64,000 nt of DNA. Origin: Mesotaenium endlicherianum. Its lineage: Eukaryota. The DNA is taken from contig WELA01002751.1 in the NCBI GenBank assembly GCA_009602735.1, positions 64,447 through 128,446 on the forward strand, written 5' to 3'. The notes under the pieces were generated by a model. The model worked only from the letters and a program-made list of their open reading frames with translations. It made no database searches and was not told the origin of the DNA. The translations under genes were made by a program, and so were the position numbers. Positions 1 through 14,180 of the stretch are shown here, one piece after another (position 1 is the first letter of the stretch; each line of letters starts with the position of its first letter).

Positions 1-2671
1 GGGGGGGGGCGCTGCGCTCTTGGTGGCAGATGGTCGCCGGCCCTGTGGAGTGTGGGCTACAACATTGTGGCTGGCCCAGATGCCAGTCGACAACAGCGAG
101 GAGAGGAGGAGAGCGACCAGGGCGATGCCGGCCTGGAGTCCGTGTGGTGGCAGGCGGTGCTCAGATGGGTCACCTCCGTCATGAACCCTCCCCTGTACGG
201 GGTGGGCAACTCCTCCATCACCCGCACTTTCACACTTTTTCAGGGCCTCCTGTTGTGGTGCAGCTGTCCAGTGTACAGCTGCTGCTTTTTTGTGCATTCC
301 GAGAGTCCCAAAAAATTATGAGCGCATGTGTGTGCGCCTGCCACATGCCAGGCATGCGTCTGTGTGCGTGTGCTTGTGCGTGTGATTGTGTCTTTGTCTG
401 TGGAACATCAGCAGCTGCTTATATGCGGCAGGAGATAGGAGCAGGTTCCCAGGGTAGCTGCTCTGGCGGGCACACTGTGGTCCCTGTTGGAACTAAGGCA
501 GGAGTAGCCTCTAGGAGCACCGCATCTACTAGATTCTAAGGTGCACCTAAGTCACTTTCAAGGGCTTCCATGTCAGCATGCTTGAAGGAAGATGATGATG
601 GTGGGTTGGGCGGGAGGGTGTGTGGGCCAATAGGTCTTTGTGGGCCTTCTGATAGGAGCCACGCCGTTGTCTCACTTCTTTCTGCCGTCCCGGGACATGT
701 TGCCCCTTGACGCATCGGGCTCACTGCCTTTGTGGGCGGTGCTCTCCCGCCTCACCGCTGGCATTGGCCGCCCTGCCCTCGATGTATGTTCGCGACACTT
801 GAAAGGTTTCCTTTCGAGCCCAGGCCACCTTACACAGCTGCCGCATTTGTCGCACTTGACCCGCTGCCTCTTTAGGTACTATCTGCTTGCGTGCATTGCT
901 GAAGGAAAATTCGCATCTCTGGAAGAGCTCTTCTTTGGATCGGTCTTAGGTATCATGTAGAAGCATGTGCTGAGGGAGGGGGGAGGGGGGGGACTGGCAG
1001 GCGGCCACGCTGCTGGGGTCGGCCACCCTTGCAGTGCAGACCATCGTGCTGGCGTCCTCGCTGGCAGCCTCCGTGCCGTCCTCTTTCACTCCCTTCTGGG
1101 CTTCCCAAGGCCACGCATCTGCGCCTGCGCCTCCCCTCAAGGACGAGCAGCTGACAGTGGCAGTGACGGCAGCAGATGCAGCCGCAGGCCAGGAGGGTAG
1201 CAGCTCCTCCCCGTCCTCGAGCCTGCTGGATGGGAGAGCGCTGTGGGTCATCTCATTTGCCCGCCTCATCGTCATGCCCCTGGCGGGCATCGCCATTAAC
1301 TTTGTATGTTGACTCTCCTGCTACCTGCCCCCCTGCTGTTGCTTTTGCCGAGTGGGCACGCAGTCTGACATTATACAGGTGGTAGTGACATGATGCCACA
1401 TGCCTCTACTCCCTTACTGATCTGAGAAGCGGCCTTAACTGTCTGTAGACCCTGCCTTGGTTGTCAGTGGGTCTTAGGAAAAGAGGGCCCTTCCCCCTGG
1501 CAATTTTCATTTATTTTAGCAACCTCAGAAATGCATCTGCTCTGCCAATACTTGTTTGCCAACTCGCATGTACTTTCTTGGTGCACGTATGTCAATTGAT
1601 ACAAGTGACGGACTAAAGGTGCACGCTGTCTGTCCCGAATATGGATGGCAGGTTCTTTGGAAGTACCGGCTCATTCCTCTGGATCCCATCTGCAGCCTCA
1701 CACTCCTCGTGAGTCCACCTATTCCTGTCAGATTGGGTGGTATCTTTGGGCTTCATACAGCCGATGCTGCCTCGCCCCTGAAGGATGCAACGTGCCCTCT
1801 TGCATCATTCAGTGATGAGTGTTGCACTTTCAGTCTTGTCCCGTGTAGATGGGTGTGTAGAATGCGAGGACAGCTGCCCTGCCTCCTTGCTTTGCTTGAC
1901 ATGCTGATTGCTGATGCCTTCACTCTCTTTTAATCAACTTGGGTGTTGTGTGCTGTGCAGGTTGAGGCAGCCATGCCTTCCGCTCAGAACCTTGTTCTTC
2001 TCTCACAGGTCAGATGTCACGCTGTAAAGGGGCCGTCTGAGTACCGTGGCAGAGACGACGTGGATCGTGCGGTGAACATGCTGCTTGGGACTTCCACTTG
2101 GTCGCTGGCTGTCTGCATGTTCTTTGCACTTGCAAAGCTGAGGCCTGGTTTGCTTCAACGCACATCCTGCTTGTCATGGCTCGTCATGTGTGCACTGTCT
2201 TGAATTGGCAGAGCCAAGGGTAATTCAGACTTTGACGTTCGTAGTGATAGTTATTTTCTGATAGTGAGTAAATTGGTGTGCCTTGTGGTGATGTCAGTTG
2301 CAAGCAAGTACGCGACCTTTAGCTGCTGTTCTTGCCAGCCTCCTTCTCCGTCAGGTGCCCACGCTATCTTCTGCACTTTACCCCGAGCTGGACATGTGGT
2401 GTTGTGCATTAACTCGTTCCCCGGAACAAGGCCTGCACAGGACTCATTTGGCTGATCGAAAGTGACACTGCTGACCTCGTGCTGAGTAAAGTAGTAATTA
2501 TGTATCTGCACACTCGTATCACGCGCTGTTCCAGATTGTCTGCTGCCTGTGGTGTCTCTCCCTTCCCTGTATAAGGAGTGTGCTGAGGTGCAAAGTTTTT
2601 GTTTGCAGTATGCGCTATCAGTGGTGCCCATCACTCTGTGGATGGCAGTCTTCCTCGCCATCACCCGCTAG
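1..2671 (+). CDS. PILS / auxin efflux carrier (Mem_trans family) gene, 3' part, multi-exon; 5' end lies outside the window
   Basis: Exon pieces read ...VTSVMNPPLYG (to ~201), VFVGLLIGATPL...PALD (~633-783), QTIVLASSL...ARLIVMPLAGIAI (~1000-1303), VLWKYRLIPLDPICSLTLL (1652-1708), VEAAMPSAQNLVLLSQ (1961-2008), LQASTRPLAAVLASLLLRQ (2298-2354) and YALSVVPITLWMAVFLAITR* (2609-2671). The 3' exons have AG/GT boundaries. NPP, R-L-x-x-P, P-x-DP and MPSAQNL are hallmarks of the PILS/AEC C-terminal half. Confidence 0.72.
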
Positions 2672-3861
2672 CAAATCCTTCACCTTGGCTCCCGCACCCC
2701 GTGCACACAATTTGACAAGCTCTTTGGCACAAGGTGCAACCGGTGCTGTTATCATATGACAGTCACATTTTTACTGGATATGGCATTAGTAGACGTAATA
2801 TTGTCCACGCAATGACATACTGTGTGATAGGCCGGTTGATGAAATAGGTAGCTTGTTAGTTGGAATGCTAAACATCCTATGCAGTCTTGAAGTCAAAGCA
2901 GGATATTTATCTTTGAGGTCTGCGCCGCAACCTTTTGTTGTGTAGAGACTTTGAAGCAGGAAGGAATCATGCAGAGGCTAGTTTCTTAAAAGACACGTGA
3001 TAGTATTAGTGACCACTGTTGTTCTCAGAAACAAGGGCACCTGTATTGCTGCATTCACTATCCTATTCCAGTCATATTCTTGACATCAGGCATAAAACTA
3101 CCGAATATTCTTTGGCGGAGAAGGATGATGCAATGGCTGCATGAAGAAAAATAAATAACCAGTTTGTAGCTGTTGGTATCAAAATTTTGTTAAGTATATG
3201 TGTGAGGCTTAGGACTAAGTACTTCAATGGTAGAGCTGAAGGAACATCCATATCGCACATGAAAAGTAACCGTCACACTTTGTGACACAGCCTAGTTTTT
3301 TTTATTCATCATTCCTCTGGGGTAGTGAACAAGCATTACCTACAGTGCATGCTAGTAAAATATAGCGCGCCCAGTCACACGCTGAAGATGCTGGAGAACA
3401 ATAGGCCCATTCCGATGAGCATATGAGAGCCATGGAGGATCCGTCCATTTGTGCTGGTGCATTTGAAAGCCTTGGTGCGTGCAAAGTACATGCATACAGT
3501 AACTTACACATGATCAGAAAAAATGGGACGATTCAGCAGAAGTTGCCATCCTCTGCCTGCACTTGCCAGTCCTTTCTCTAATAACAAAGGTGGGAACCTA
3601 CATTTACTTACTCTATTTACACCTCGTAAACAGGCACTGTAAATCTGAACCTTAGTGTTTGTCCAACACCTGTATCAATTCTTACAACCAAGCATTGCAA
3701 TGACGAAGCGATACATGATCTAGTCTCGACTTGCCGCGCAAGCTAGAATCAATAATGTCAATGACCTGAATAAAGCAATACAAGCTGACGCATACGTGAG
3801 CTTGAGATCCAAATAGCAAGGGGGTACTAACCACTGGACTAACATGCCTTTGTCTGTCAAC

Positions 3862-6800
3862 CTATGTGGCTGGGTCAGTGTGCTGGTAGAGTCTGACCAG
3901 AGCACAGTACACCCCCCCCTCCACTTGCAAGAGCTCTTCATGTGTCCCCTGCTCCACTAAGGTGCCCCGCTGCACCACAGCAATTGCATCTGCATTTCGA
4001 ATTGTGCTCAACCGATGTGCAATCACTACTGTCGTCCTCCCCACCATAACACGATCCAAAGCCTCCTGCACAACATGCTCTGACTCAGTATCCAAGGCCG
4101 ATGTGGCTTCGTCCAATAGAAGGATCTTGGGATCCTTGACAATTGCACGCGCAATGGCCACTCTTTGCTTCTGCCCTCCCGACAACTGCACCCCCCTTTC
4201 GCCCACCAGCGTGTCATAACCTTCAGGCAGTCCTGATATGAACTTGTGAGCATTAGCGTCAATGGCTGCTGCTACAATCTCCTGCTCTGAAGCACCCACT
4301 CGTCCGTAGGCAATGTTTGCTCGGATGCTCATGTTGAACAGCACGGGCTCCTGGCTCACCAGCCCCATCTGCTGCCGCAGCCACTTGAGCTGGAGCTTGG
4401 TTATGTCCACTCCGTCAATAAACACCGCCCCCCTCAGCGGGTCATAGAACCGCTCAATGAGGGCCACCACCGTCGACTTTCCACTTCCACTCTCGCCCAC
4501 CAGAGCCACAGTCTGCCACCACACACCAGTCAACTCCCCATGAGTCACCTCAGACTAGGCGGTCACGCAACTTCTCAATGTTCAGAGGTTCATCAGTATA
4601 GGAGAAGGCACATACAACAGGGACAAGTGGTCGCAAAGCAGGCCCGCGGAATACAGCACTGTGTGTGAGGGCTAAAACTGTGGTGGTGCTGCTGCTGCTG
4701 CTGACATGCCGCACTTAAGCAGACTGCAGCACAGTCAAACCCCCGAAGGAGTCCACCCTCCAGCCAGCAGAGCAGAACTTCCCCACATTGACTAGAGGCA
4801 ATTGAACACCCGAAGCAGGAGCAGTCCACAAGCAAGCGACGGAGCCGGCAACACATATAAGAACATGCAGTCCGGTGCACTGCAGGGCAGGGCCAGCTAG
4901 CTTGTAAGGGCTAATACGCTCAACAAGCCTGACCTGCCCCGCGGGGATGGTGAGACACAGGTCGTTGAAAATCTTCACATCCGGTCGCGTCGGATAACGG
5001 AACTTGACATGCCTCAGCTCGATCTGGCCCTTGACAGCTGGCAGGACATCGCCAGGAGCTTCCGGATCAATCTTAGACTTGCGGTCAATGATGGCGAAGA
5101 TGGAATTGACTGCCAGCTGGACGGTGGTAAAGTCCGGCGCCAAACTGAGGCTCTGTGATACCCCCATCGCGCTCATCACTATGGCAAAGAAAACCTGCAC
5201 CCACAGTCGCTCGACATCCACCACCAATCACTCCACTTGTTAAAACGACTGTGCTGCCAGACAATCTTCCTTGCTCGCATGATACAGCAACCCAACGCAA
5301 ACTAAGGCAAATAGGCCCCGCACACCTTCAGCTCAAGCAGTTCCACAAATCACATCACGCATGTGCCTACAAAAAGTGCTCCCCCAGTGGACCAGCTGGC
5401 ACAACATGACACGGGTTGGCGGCATCAGGCAGGGCAGCACACGTGCACGCGTGCACACACAAAGACGCTGAGAGGGTGAGGGACGCACGTTGAAGACGTC
5501 CTTGAAGGTGGCGTCGCCTCTCTGCACCAGCTTGGCGCCGTACCAGAAGGCCAGCCCGTAGACAGCAAACATGCAGAAGTTGGAGAAGCCCAGCCCCAGG
5601 CCGCTGGCTTGGCCGCGCCGAATGCCGGCGCGCAGCGGCATGCTGCACTTGTCTGCATACAGCGCCAGCACTTGGCGCTCGGCACAGAAGGCGGCCACAG
5701 TGCGGATGGAGCTGACGGCGTCGTTGGCCACACGGCTCGCGTCCTCGTACATCACCTGCCGCCCCCTTGCCCCCTCACCAGCTCAGTATGTGCTCTCTCT
5801 CTTGCGCTTGACTTGCGTCTTGCTCCCTTTCTCCCTTCGTCCCTCTCTCTCCATGAAACACATGCTCCATAGTGTCCAGTGCACACGGACAATGCACGGC
5901 ACCAGAAAGCAAGGAGAAAGATGGAGCAGCCAACACACTCACAAATACACATAGCCCACAATCAGGAGGTTGCATCGCGTGCATCCCTCTAGCAGCTCCT
6001 GATACAGTGACTCCAATGGAGACTTTGTGGCACAGGAGGTCATCCTCTCATCCCCCCCCACTGTACGTCATGCACAACTTGGTAAGTCAGCATCAAGTGG
6101 CTCTGTAGCATGCTCCAGGAATACAGCAGCATGCTAACATGAATGCTGCTCTCAATTCCACAGCACAGAGGACATGCATGTGCCCTCTACCCCGGTGAGG
6201 TGGCCATGCCTGGCATCTATGGATAATGCCAACAGATACCCTTAGTATTCAAGGCCTCACACGAACCATGGGGGGAGGGAGGGCGGCACTAACCTTGGCG
6301 TTGGCAGAGAAGCCCTGGAGGAAGAGCGTCTGGATGTAGCCGGACAAGCCCAGCAGCGGCACCACTGCCATCACTACCAGAGACAGCTGCCAGTTGGCGC
6401 GGAACGCAATGACCAGACCGGCCAGGATGGTGGCCACGTTCTGCACCAGGAGCGCCACGCGGTCCCCCACCATGGCCCTCACCTGCGCCGCGTCGGTGGA
6501 CAGCCGTGCCCCAATTGCTCCACTGCTCCATCCCTCCCCCCCCCATCCCAAACATAGTTAATACATGCGCACTTTAACGCCTCATAGAAATATCCTTGGT
6601 GATCGGAGGAGGGGCAGGGCTGCAGGCACAAACCCCTTGCATCCTTGTCCCTCGTACTCATTCCCCAGTTTATCCCCTGACCACAAGCGTGGTATGCACA
6701 AGCTCCACTCTGGAGCTAGTATGCTGTAAAGACTTCTACCCTGAATAGAAGGATACGGACAGCAGCCTCACTCCTTTTACAAGCCTTATATTACCAGCCT

Positions 6801-9800
6801 CAAAAGATACAGGTCATGCTTCCCTGACAATGTAAGAGAGGTGTGGAAGAGGAACCACCACAGCACGCGTGCAGACAACACGGCAGGCAGGAGAGGATGC
6901 ACCTGGAGTTGACGTTGTCGTCGAAGAAGGCCATCTCCTGTCGCAGCACGGCGCCAAAGGTGAGCGCGCGCACGCGCCGCACCAGGTGGCTGCCCACGAT
7001 GGCAAACATGGACATCTGAAATGCGATGAGCACCATGGTGGCCGCCGCCAGCACCAGAAACATGGACGCCCAGAAGTTGGCGCGGTCGCGCATGCGGTGC
7101 ACGTCGGGGATGTAGAAGGTGCTGATGATGGACGACAGCAGGATGGAGAAGATGGGGAACATCAGCCCCTGCCCGCTGCCCGCCACCGTGCCCAGCAGCG
7201 CATACGGCCACTCCGGCGCGTTCAGCTTCGCCAGCCGCCACACCGACACCTGGGGGGCTGCCTGCTGCCTGCCACGCCCCGCCTCCAGGTCCCCTGACCG
7301 CACCTTGCTCCTCCTCCTCCCGGCGCCCACCACACTTGCCAGCTTGCGGACCAGCCCCGCGGGGCCGCCTACATTCACGTCCACCCGGGTGGACGTGCCA
7401 TTGCCATCACCAATAGCCTCCTCGTCCCCGTCAGCATTGGCAGGGGCAGGGACACGGGCTGGGGCCCCGTCCTGGGACGGCCGCCTCAACTGCAGCCCAA
7501 AGATGCCACCTGACCTCCTCCTGCCACTGCAGCTCTCTCTCCCTGAGCCCGGACTATCAGTGCTCCTCCTGGAGGTGGGAGAGGCCTGCCCTTCTTCCCG
7601 GTTGCTTCTGAGGATGATGGATGAAGCAGCCCTGTCGATGGGCGGCTTCTTCACGCTCTCACTGCGCTGCACTTGCTGAATGTGCACCAGCTGCGCATAC
7701 GCCCCACCCGGCTTCTGCACAAGCTCCGCATGCGTGCCTGCATGCCACCAGCCTCATTTTGTAAGTCGGTGCCTCTGCCCCCTCACCATGCACATGTCAC
7801 GTGCACACCCTGGGAACAAAGACCGCAGCAGCTCAAATGACCACCACCCGTCAAATACACAACCTCAACAGGAACAAAGGCCGACAGCACGTATCATGCT
7901 CCACATCCCAAGCGTCAGAAACAAGATGAGGAGGAGGAGATGCAGGAGGTGGTGCCTTGAAGCCCCACCTGTCTCGACGATGACGCCGCGCTGCAGCACA
8001 GCAATTTTGCTGGCGTTGCGGATGGTGGTCAGGCGGTGCGCAATGACGACGGTGGTGCGCCCCTGCATGACGCGCTCCAGCGCCTCCTGCACCACCTTCT
8101 CCGACTCCGCGTCCAGCGCCGACGTGGCCTCGTCCAGCAGCAGGATCCTGGGGTTCTTCAGAATGGCGCGCGCGATGGCAATCCTCTGCTTCTGCCCTCC
8201 CGACAGCTGCGCGCCCCGCTCCCCTACCTCCGTGTCGAAGCCCTGAGAACGCACGCGCAGCATGGCCCAGCACGGCACCCAAAGACCACACTCAGTCGCC
8301 TTGCAAGTACCCCTGGCTCACGATGACAATGCAGGGAGCGTGGCAGCGCACAGCCTGTGCCCCTAGAGTCATGACACAACACCTGCACAGCCACTATGCA
8401 GGCTTCCCAAATCCATTGCCGAGGGGAGGGGGCAGGCAGAGACGTGTGGCAGCTGGCTGATGAAGGAGTAAACGTTGGCGGAGCGCGCGGCCTCCACGAT
8501 CTCCGCGTCTGTGGCGCCGCCCTCCTTGCCGTACGCAATGTTGTCGCGGATGCTGGTGCCAAACAGCACGGGCTCCTGGCTCACCAGCCCCATCTGCTGC
8601 CGCAGCCAGCGCAGCTGCAAGCTCTTGATGTCGCACCCGTCCAGAGTGACCTTGCCATCAATAGGATCGTAGAAGCGCTCGAGGAGCGACACCACCGTCG
8701 ACTTTCCGCTGCCACTCTCGCCCACCAGCGCCACAGTCTGACCTGCAATCATAGCTCCCAGTCTGATGTTTCAGACAAGGCACATGCGACACGATGAACT
8801 GGCGCTTGCCAGCATGCAAAGTCACAATAACATCAGAGTAGCCAGGGCCTGAGGACGAACACATGACCAGCTGACGGCCACCAAACTCCAAGTTGTGCAG
8901 TCATCAGCATATTTCATAAAACCACAGCCAAGGCACACTTGAAGCGAGGGCAGATTTGCATGCTGTGCCCCCCACGCTGCTGCAGAGGTGCCAGTAGCAG
9001 CAGTCATGCAATGCAAGAGGACTCTGTGTGTGAGGCAGCCACAGCCGTACCCGATTCAATTCTGAGCGAAAAGTCATCGAAGATGTGGACGTCTGGCCTT
9101 GCAGGGTACGCAAAGCGCACGTGCTCAAACTCCAGGTCGCCCTTCACGCTGGCGGGAGTGGCACCCGAGAGCGCAAACGAGTCGATGGGAGGCACACGGT
9201 CGATGACCTGGAAGATGGTGTACGCGGCCGCCTGCCCCGCCGCAAACGCGCCGAGTGCGGGCGACGCCTGCCCCAGCGCCCTGAGCAGGAAGGCAGAGAA
9301 AACAAAAACAAGATGCGGAGCCCCGTCCGACAAAACACCCTCAGTGCCCTGAAGCTGGAAGATATTGAGGTGAGTGATAACCATCATAATCATCGTCGTC
9401 ACCAAGAGCAGCAGCGCAGCAGCCAGTGAAGTGGGGTCATGCTTGGTGAGCACCAACGTCAGTAAGCCTGTGGAAACAACTCTTCCAAACAGGACTTCTG
9501 GATGCGTGAGTCCACAGCCAGGCTGCTACCTCTGCAGCTTCACCAGATGCAACCCGCGCCAGAAGAGCTCAAGAAGAAGAAGCCATGGGGACAGCACGAG
9601 CGAGGGGCAGACGAAGGAGAAAAAGGACGTACATGCCCCCGATGATGATGGCAAAGAGCACACTCATGACGTTGCCGCCGCTGTAGCCGGAGTTGGCCAC
9701 CAGCAGCGAGCCGTACCAGAGCGCCAGTGCGTACGTGCTGAACATGACCAGCATGGTCACGCCCAGCCCCGCGCCGCTGGCCACGCCCTGCCGAACGCCC

Positions 9801-12005
9801 ATCCCAAACGCCTTGTCCAGGCTCCTGCTGTACTCCTTCTCTGCTCTGGCCTCGCCCGCAAACGACGCCACCTGCCACAGGCGGAAAGGCGGTGCACGAG
9901 GTGATGATTGGCCGAGGAGGCAGGTGGCAGGGTGGATGTGCCATCTGGAGGAGGTGTAGTGGCTGTGGTGGCACTTGGTTGACTATTGTGCCACGTGGAG
10001 GAGGCACAGAAGTGGCCGTGGGGCCACTGCACAACAAGATCCCTGGCATTCTGGCAACCGACTGGGAAGAGAGGGGGGCCTGGCAGGGAGGCACTCTCAC
10101 AGTGCGGATGGCGCTGATGCACTGCTCCGCAAGGCCTCCAGCCTCCGCATACGCCTCCTGGCCCTTGGTGGCCGCCTTGGAGATGACCCACGACATGACG
10201 CCCCCGCACACCACCAGCAGCGGCACCGACGACAGCATCACCAGCGACAGCAGCCAGCCACGCGCAAAAGCAATGGCAAAGCCTCCGAAGAAAGTGGTCA
10301 TCAGGCGGATGTAGTTCCCCACCTGGCACAGCACCCCAAGTTTACCAGGCGAATGCAACGCCACGGCAGACAGTCAAGACTTCAGTGCACTGGCCACCTC
10401 AGAGCAGCGATTGACAATTTGAGGCTGCAGACAAGGAGGCAGGACAAGGCAGCACGCCTGTGTGCAAGAGAAGGGGAAGAGCAAGCACCCCAAGCTGCTC
10501 TGCTTGCACACGGCAGGAAAGCTCATCCCTTGCACACTCCCTCCATGTACAACAGACATATAAGCCATGCTACTCCCCCTTTTCTGTGTCTCTCTTTGCA
10601 GGGTGCTCTGCTGTCAACTGCTGCTTGATCGCGAGGAAGATGGACCTGCAACGGAAGGTAGTGTCATGCACGCGTCCACCCAAACATTCAGATACACCTC
10701 CACATGCTTAAGGAAACGTATGCATGCACGCGTGTGCGTCTGTGGAGAATGACCTTTTCGCCCATGGCCTCCTGCACAAGGAAGATGTCGCCTGACATGC
10801 GGCCCACCACCTCGCCGGTGGACGTCTCGAGGTCGAAGAAGGAGATGTCCTGTCGCAGAGTGGCGCGCAGAAACATTTCGCGGATGCGCGCCGATTGCCT
10901 CTCGCCCGTCAGCATCCAGCACGCCATCTCTACACCACCCCCCAGGGTCCACACTGACTCCCACCTCAGCACACGCACGACACACTACAGCATGGGAGCA
11001 TGGCAGTGGCAGTGCCAGAGACAGCGATAGCGACCAGTAATGTGCTCACCACACCCATACACGCATCCCCACAGCCACAGCCAAGCCTTCGACTTCCGCA
11101 AGCATTCCTTCTCAGAGGAGCTGGAGCAAAAGAGGGGACAGCCTTGAGTGGGGTGCATCGGGGGAGGCTCGCAAGGGCACGCACCCAAATATGCAGCAAT
11201 GGCTGCGCCAATTGCGACATATACAAATCTAAGGGCCACCTGCTCATGCCACGCCACGCGTTAGTCAGGAAGGAGCTCTTCCACAACTTGCACATGATAA
11301 GTAAGGGACAACAGATATCATGCAAGCAAAAGTTGGGGCAACTGAGATACAATCAACATCACTTCTGTTTTTCGCTCATAAGCAAAACCGAGACAAAGCC
11401 ATTACCTCCGTGACTGATTTCACAATATCAGCCTCCGACGTGGTGACCGAGTTACCAAAGGCATCAGAGAGCTGTCCAAAAAGGAGCGAAAGAAGAGGCA
11501 TGGCAATGCCTAAGGCCATAGCTCCGAGTGTCCCAACTACCATAAGAAAGTAGTCAAGTTTATCAGCATATGTAAAAAGTCTCCAAAACGGGACGGTCTT
11601 TTGCTTCTTCCCCTTCTCTTTCCTATCTGAATCTCCTTTTCCTTTTCCATCCAGAGAGAATGCTTGCGTGTGCCTTACTATCTCAGTACAATTTCCTATA
11701 TTTTCTGTCCTAGTTTGCGAGACGCCTCCTTGCCCCACTTGCTCTGTTCCGCCACGATTTCCGAGGGCTGGTGGAACTGATGCTTCATTGGGGAGGGATA
11801 GTTTATTAGCGACGTCCGTCCCAAGCTCAGAGATCGACAACTCTACGGTAGGGGCTTGAGCCGAGGCTTCCACGGCATGCACTATCTGGACAGGTTCAAA
11901 AAAGCCAGGGGCAGGTACAGTTAATCCTCCTCCAAGACCATTAGCAGCTGCTACGGCTGTCCCTTGCAGTGAAGGATCGTGGACGACAAAGTTCCCACCT
12001 GTCAT
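3862..12005 (-). CDS. ABCB: Full-size ABC transporter subfamily B (MDR/P-glycoprotein, TMD-NBD-TMD-NBD), 13 exons, resembling the plant ABCB4/11/21 group
   Basis: Approximate exons: 12005-11406, 11239-11185, 10929-10754, 10323-10039, 9871-9632, 9282-9051, 8742-8445, 8243-7969, 7737-6904, 6523-6294, 5755-5489, 5194-4934, 4511-3862. All introns checked are GT-AG. Two NBDs carry Walker A (GESGSGKS), Q-loop (SQEP), signature (LSGGQKQR), Walker B ([12 protein letters not shown]) and H-loop (IAHRL). Plant ABCB motifs include [25 protein letters not shown] and [18 protein letters not shown]. Stop TAG at 3862-3864. Confidence 0.95.
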
Positions 12006-14180
12006 AAGTGCAAACTATCGCCGGTTGCCTAAAGGATCAAGCAAAGTATCGTCGGCCCCGAGTGAGGCGTCTTCCACAACTCCGTATACTCAATTAATAA
12101 GTGGCACCCTTCTCCCTGCTGGATCCTTCCTCCTCTGGCCCCGCTTCTCCCTGCCTGCACTGAAGCAGACGGATTTGCTTCTCGTCACCCAGGGAGTCCT
12201 ACTTGTAAACTTGTACCGCTTACTCGAGGTGATTCGAGGGACTATGAAAGAAAGCACAAACGTGGCCAAGCTTAAACAGTCCAACAGGGTTGGTCTGGGC
12301 CAGTCTGGGCAAGGCTGAAGCCTGAAACCAGGTTCGATGTTTGACGTTGCGCCTCCGTGGATGGCTCGATGCGGTCTGAAGGCTGTGTTGTAAACGATTG
12401 TACGACGTTCACCATTGTCGACCACCGTAAGACTGCCCTTTCGGCATGGAGTAGCATGGAGCATGGCATGGAGCTTTGGCCGCGACCCAGCCGCGACCGT
12501 GGGGTTGCTAGCATCGACTGGTTGACAGCGTATTAGACTGAAAATGTCATAAAGTGCAGTAAAGTGCCTTGTAGGCCAAGCGTACCGCCTAAGTACACTT
12601 CACTGAAGTTGCAGACAATTCCAGGCCCGCCGCCCGTGACCTGCCTACTTACCATCGGCCAGTCGATCACACGCGTCCTATTCCAACCTTCACACAAAAA
12701 TGTTCCATTCAACACACGATGGTGCTAACTTCAACACTCTTTCGCGACTTCTACTAGTTTGACGGCGCAGCACGCGTGGCGCAAGTCACGACCGCCCAAG
12801 TCCCAAAAGTCAGCGTTGAGTGGCTGACTAGATTGCTGATCTGTGCAAGTTGACGCTTAAAGTTGAGGGTCAAGACACACGAAAAGGTGACTGCGACACT
12901 CTGTGACGGGAGGGGTTTGACAACCAGGCCAGCTACAAAGCTGACCCCACCAGGACCTGCAAACAGTCCATGTCAGCAGATGCCATGTCAAGGAAGCTGA
13001 CCCAGCAATTAGCATAGCAATTGCCAAGTGAGGCAGAGCTGACACAACAACTTGCTAGCGATGGCAGAGTCAAGCCAAGCCAAGTAAGCAAGACAGCTCG
13101 GCAGCAGCCTCCCGATGGAGCTGCCACGTCGATTTGACACGATAAGGGACATGGGTTCCCAGCCACGAGGGCGTGCACGCCAACCAAAAGGTTAAGCGAG
13201 CACGCGCAAATGTCACGAGGTCTGCATGCAGGCTAAGTGACGAAGACATAATTCAAGACATGCAGTGACCCACGAGGAGGAACAGGCATGCATGCAGATG
13301 TGACTAAGTCACGGCAATCCCAAAAGGGGCGTGCTTGCGTGGTGCGTGAGATAGGCACGAGCCTTGCACGAACCTCCCTCATTCTTGCCTCGCACATTTG
13401 CCAGAAGGATCAAAGGCGCGAAGAAGAAAGAAGGAGAAGGAGAGAAAGACGAGAAGGCGCGAAGGAAAAGGAGTTCCCAAGACCACAAGGAGCCCGAGAA
13501 GACACGCTTCTGCCAACGCTTATCGATTCTTTCTTGGTGTATCATAGAAAAGTTAAGGTTGAGTAATTTCCAAGAAGGAATTTCCCTTGAAAATTATAGA
13601 GAGCTTGCAAATAAGATTTGCTAGGAGGTCCAGCACAGATACATATCAAACGCCACGAGCATGCAAAGAGCACATAAAATGATGAGTGCTGTGTTAGTTT
13701 CCAAGTCCTCAGAAGTCTCATTAGTTGAATTGCTGATAGCAAGATCAAAATTAACAAGTAACGTCCTCAGTGAAGAATTGAGTGACCCAGCCAATAGTGG
13801 AACGCTGTTAGGCACGGTTCTGAGCGAAGAGCTCAAGCCAGGTCGACATAGATGCTGTAGTTTCAGAGTTTGGTAAGCTGTGACTTGGTGAAAGTTAAGC
13901 GAAAGCCCTAGTGGGTGATTTTTTCTGAAACATGATATTGTGCCTGTGTTCTGCTTAAACGTGATTTATGCAAACTAGACTTTGTTCATCTGTGCAAACA
14001 CCAACGTGGGCAAAAGCCTTTTGAAAGTAAGACGCTTCTGTTCTACTTCTGAGAACTTCAGTTAATTGGTTCAGGTGAACAAGAATTCCCAAGCAAATTG
14101 AGGACTGAGGCTTGTGAGGTCTGCCGATGCTCAACCTGGAAAGGGAGTCAATGAAGTTCAACTGTATATACGATTGAGGA

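Noticed and set aside
3962..11859. Many plus-strand and alternate-frame ORFs over the ABCB gene
   Set aside because: They are shadow ORFs of GC-rich exons and intron read-through, with no independent motifs.
12090..12514. ORFs upstream of ABCB as a separate gene or uORF
   Set aside because: No recognisable domain or splice pattern; probably 5' UTR or promoter sequence.
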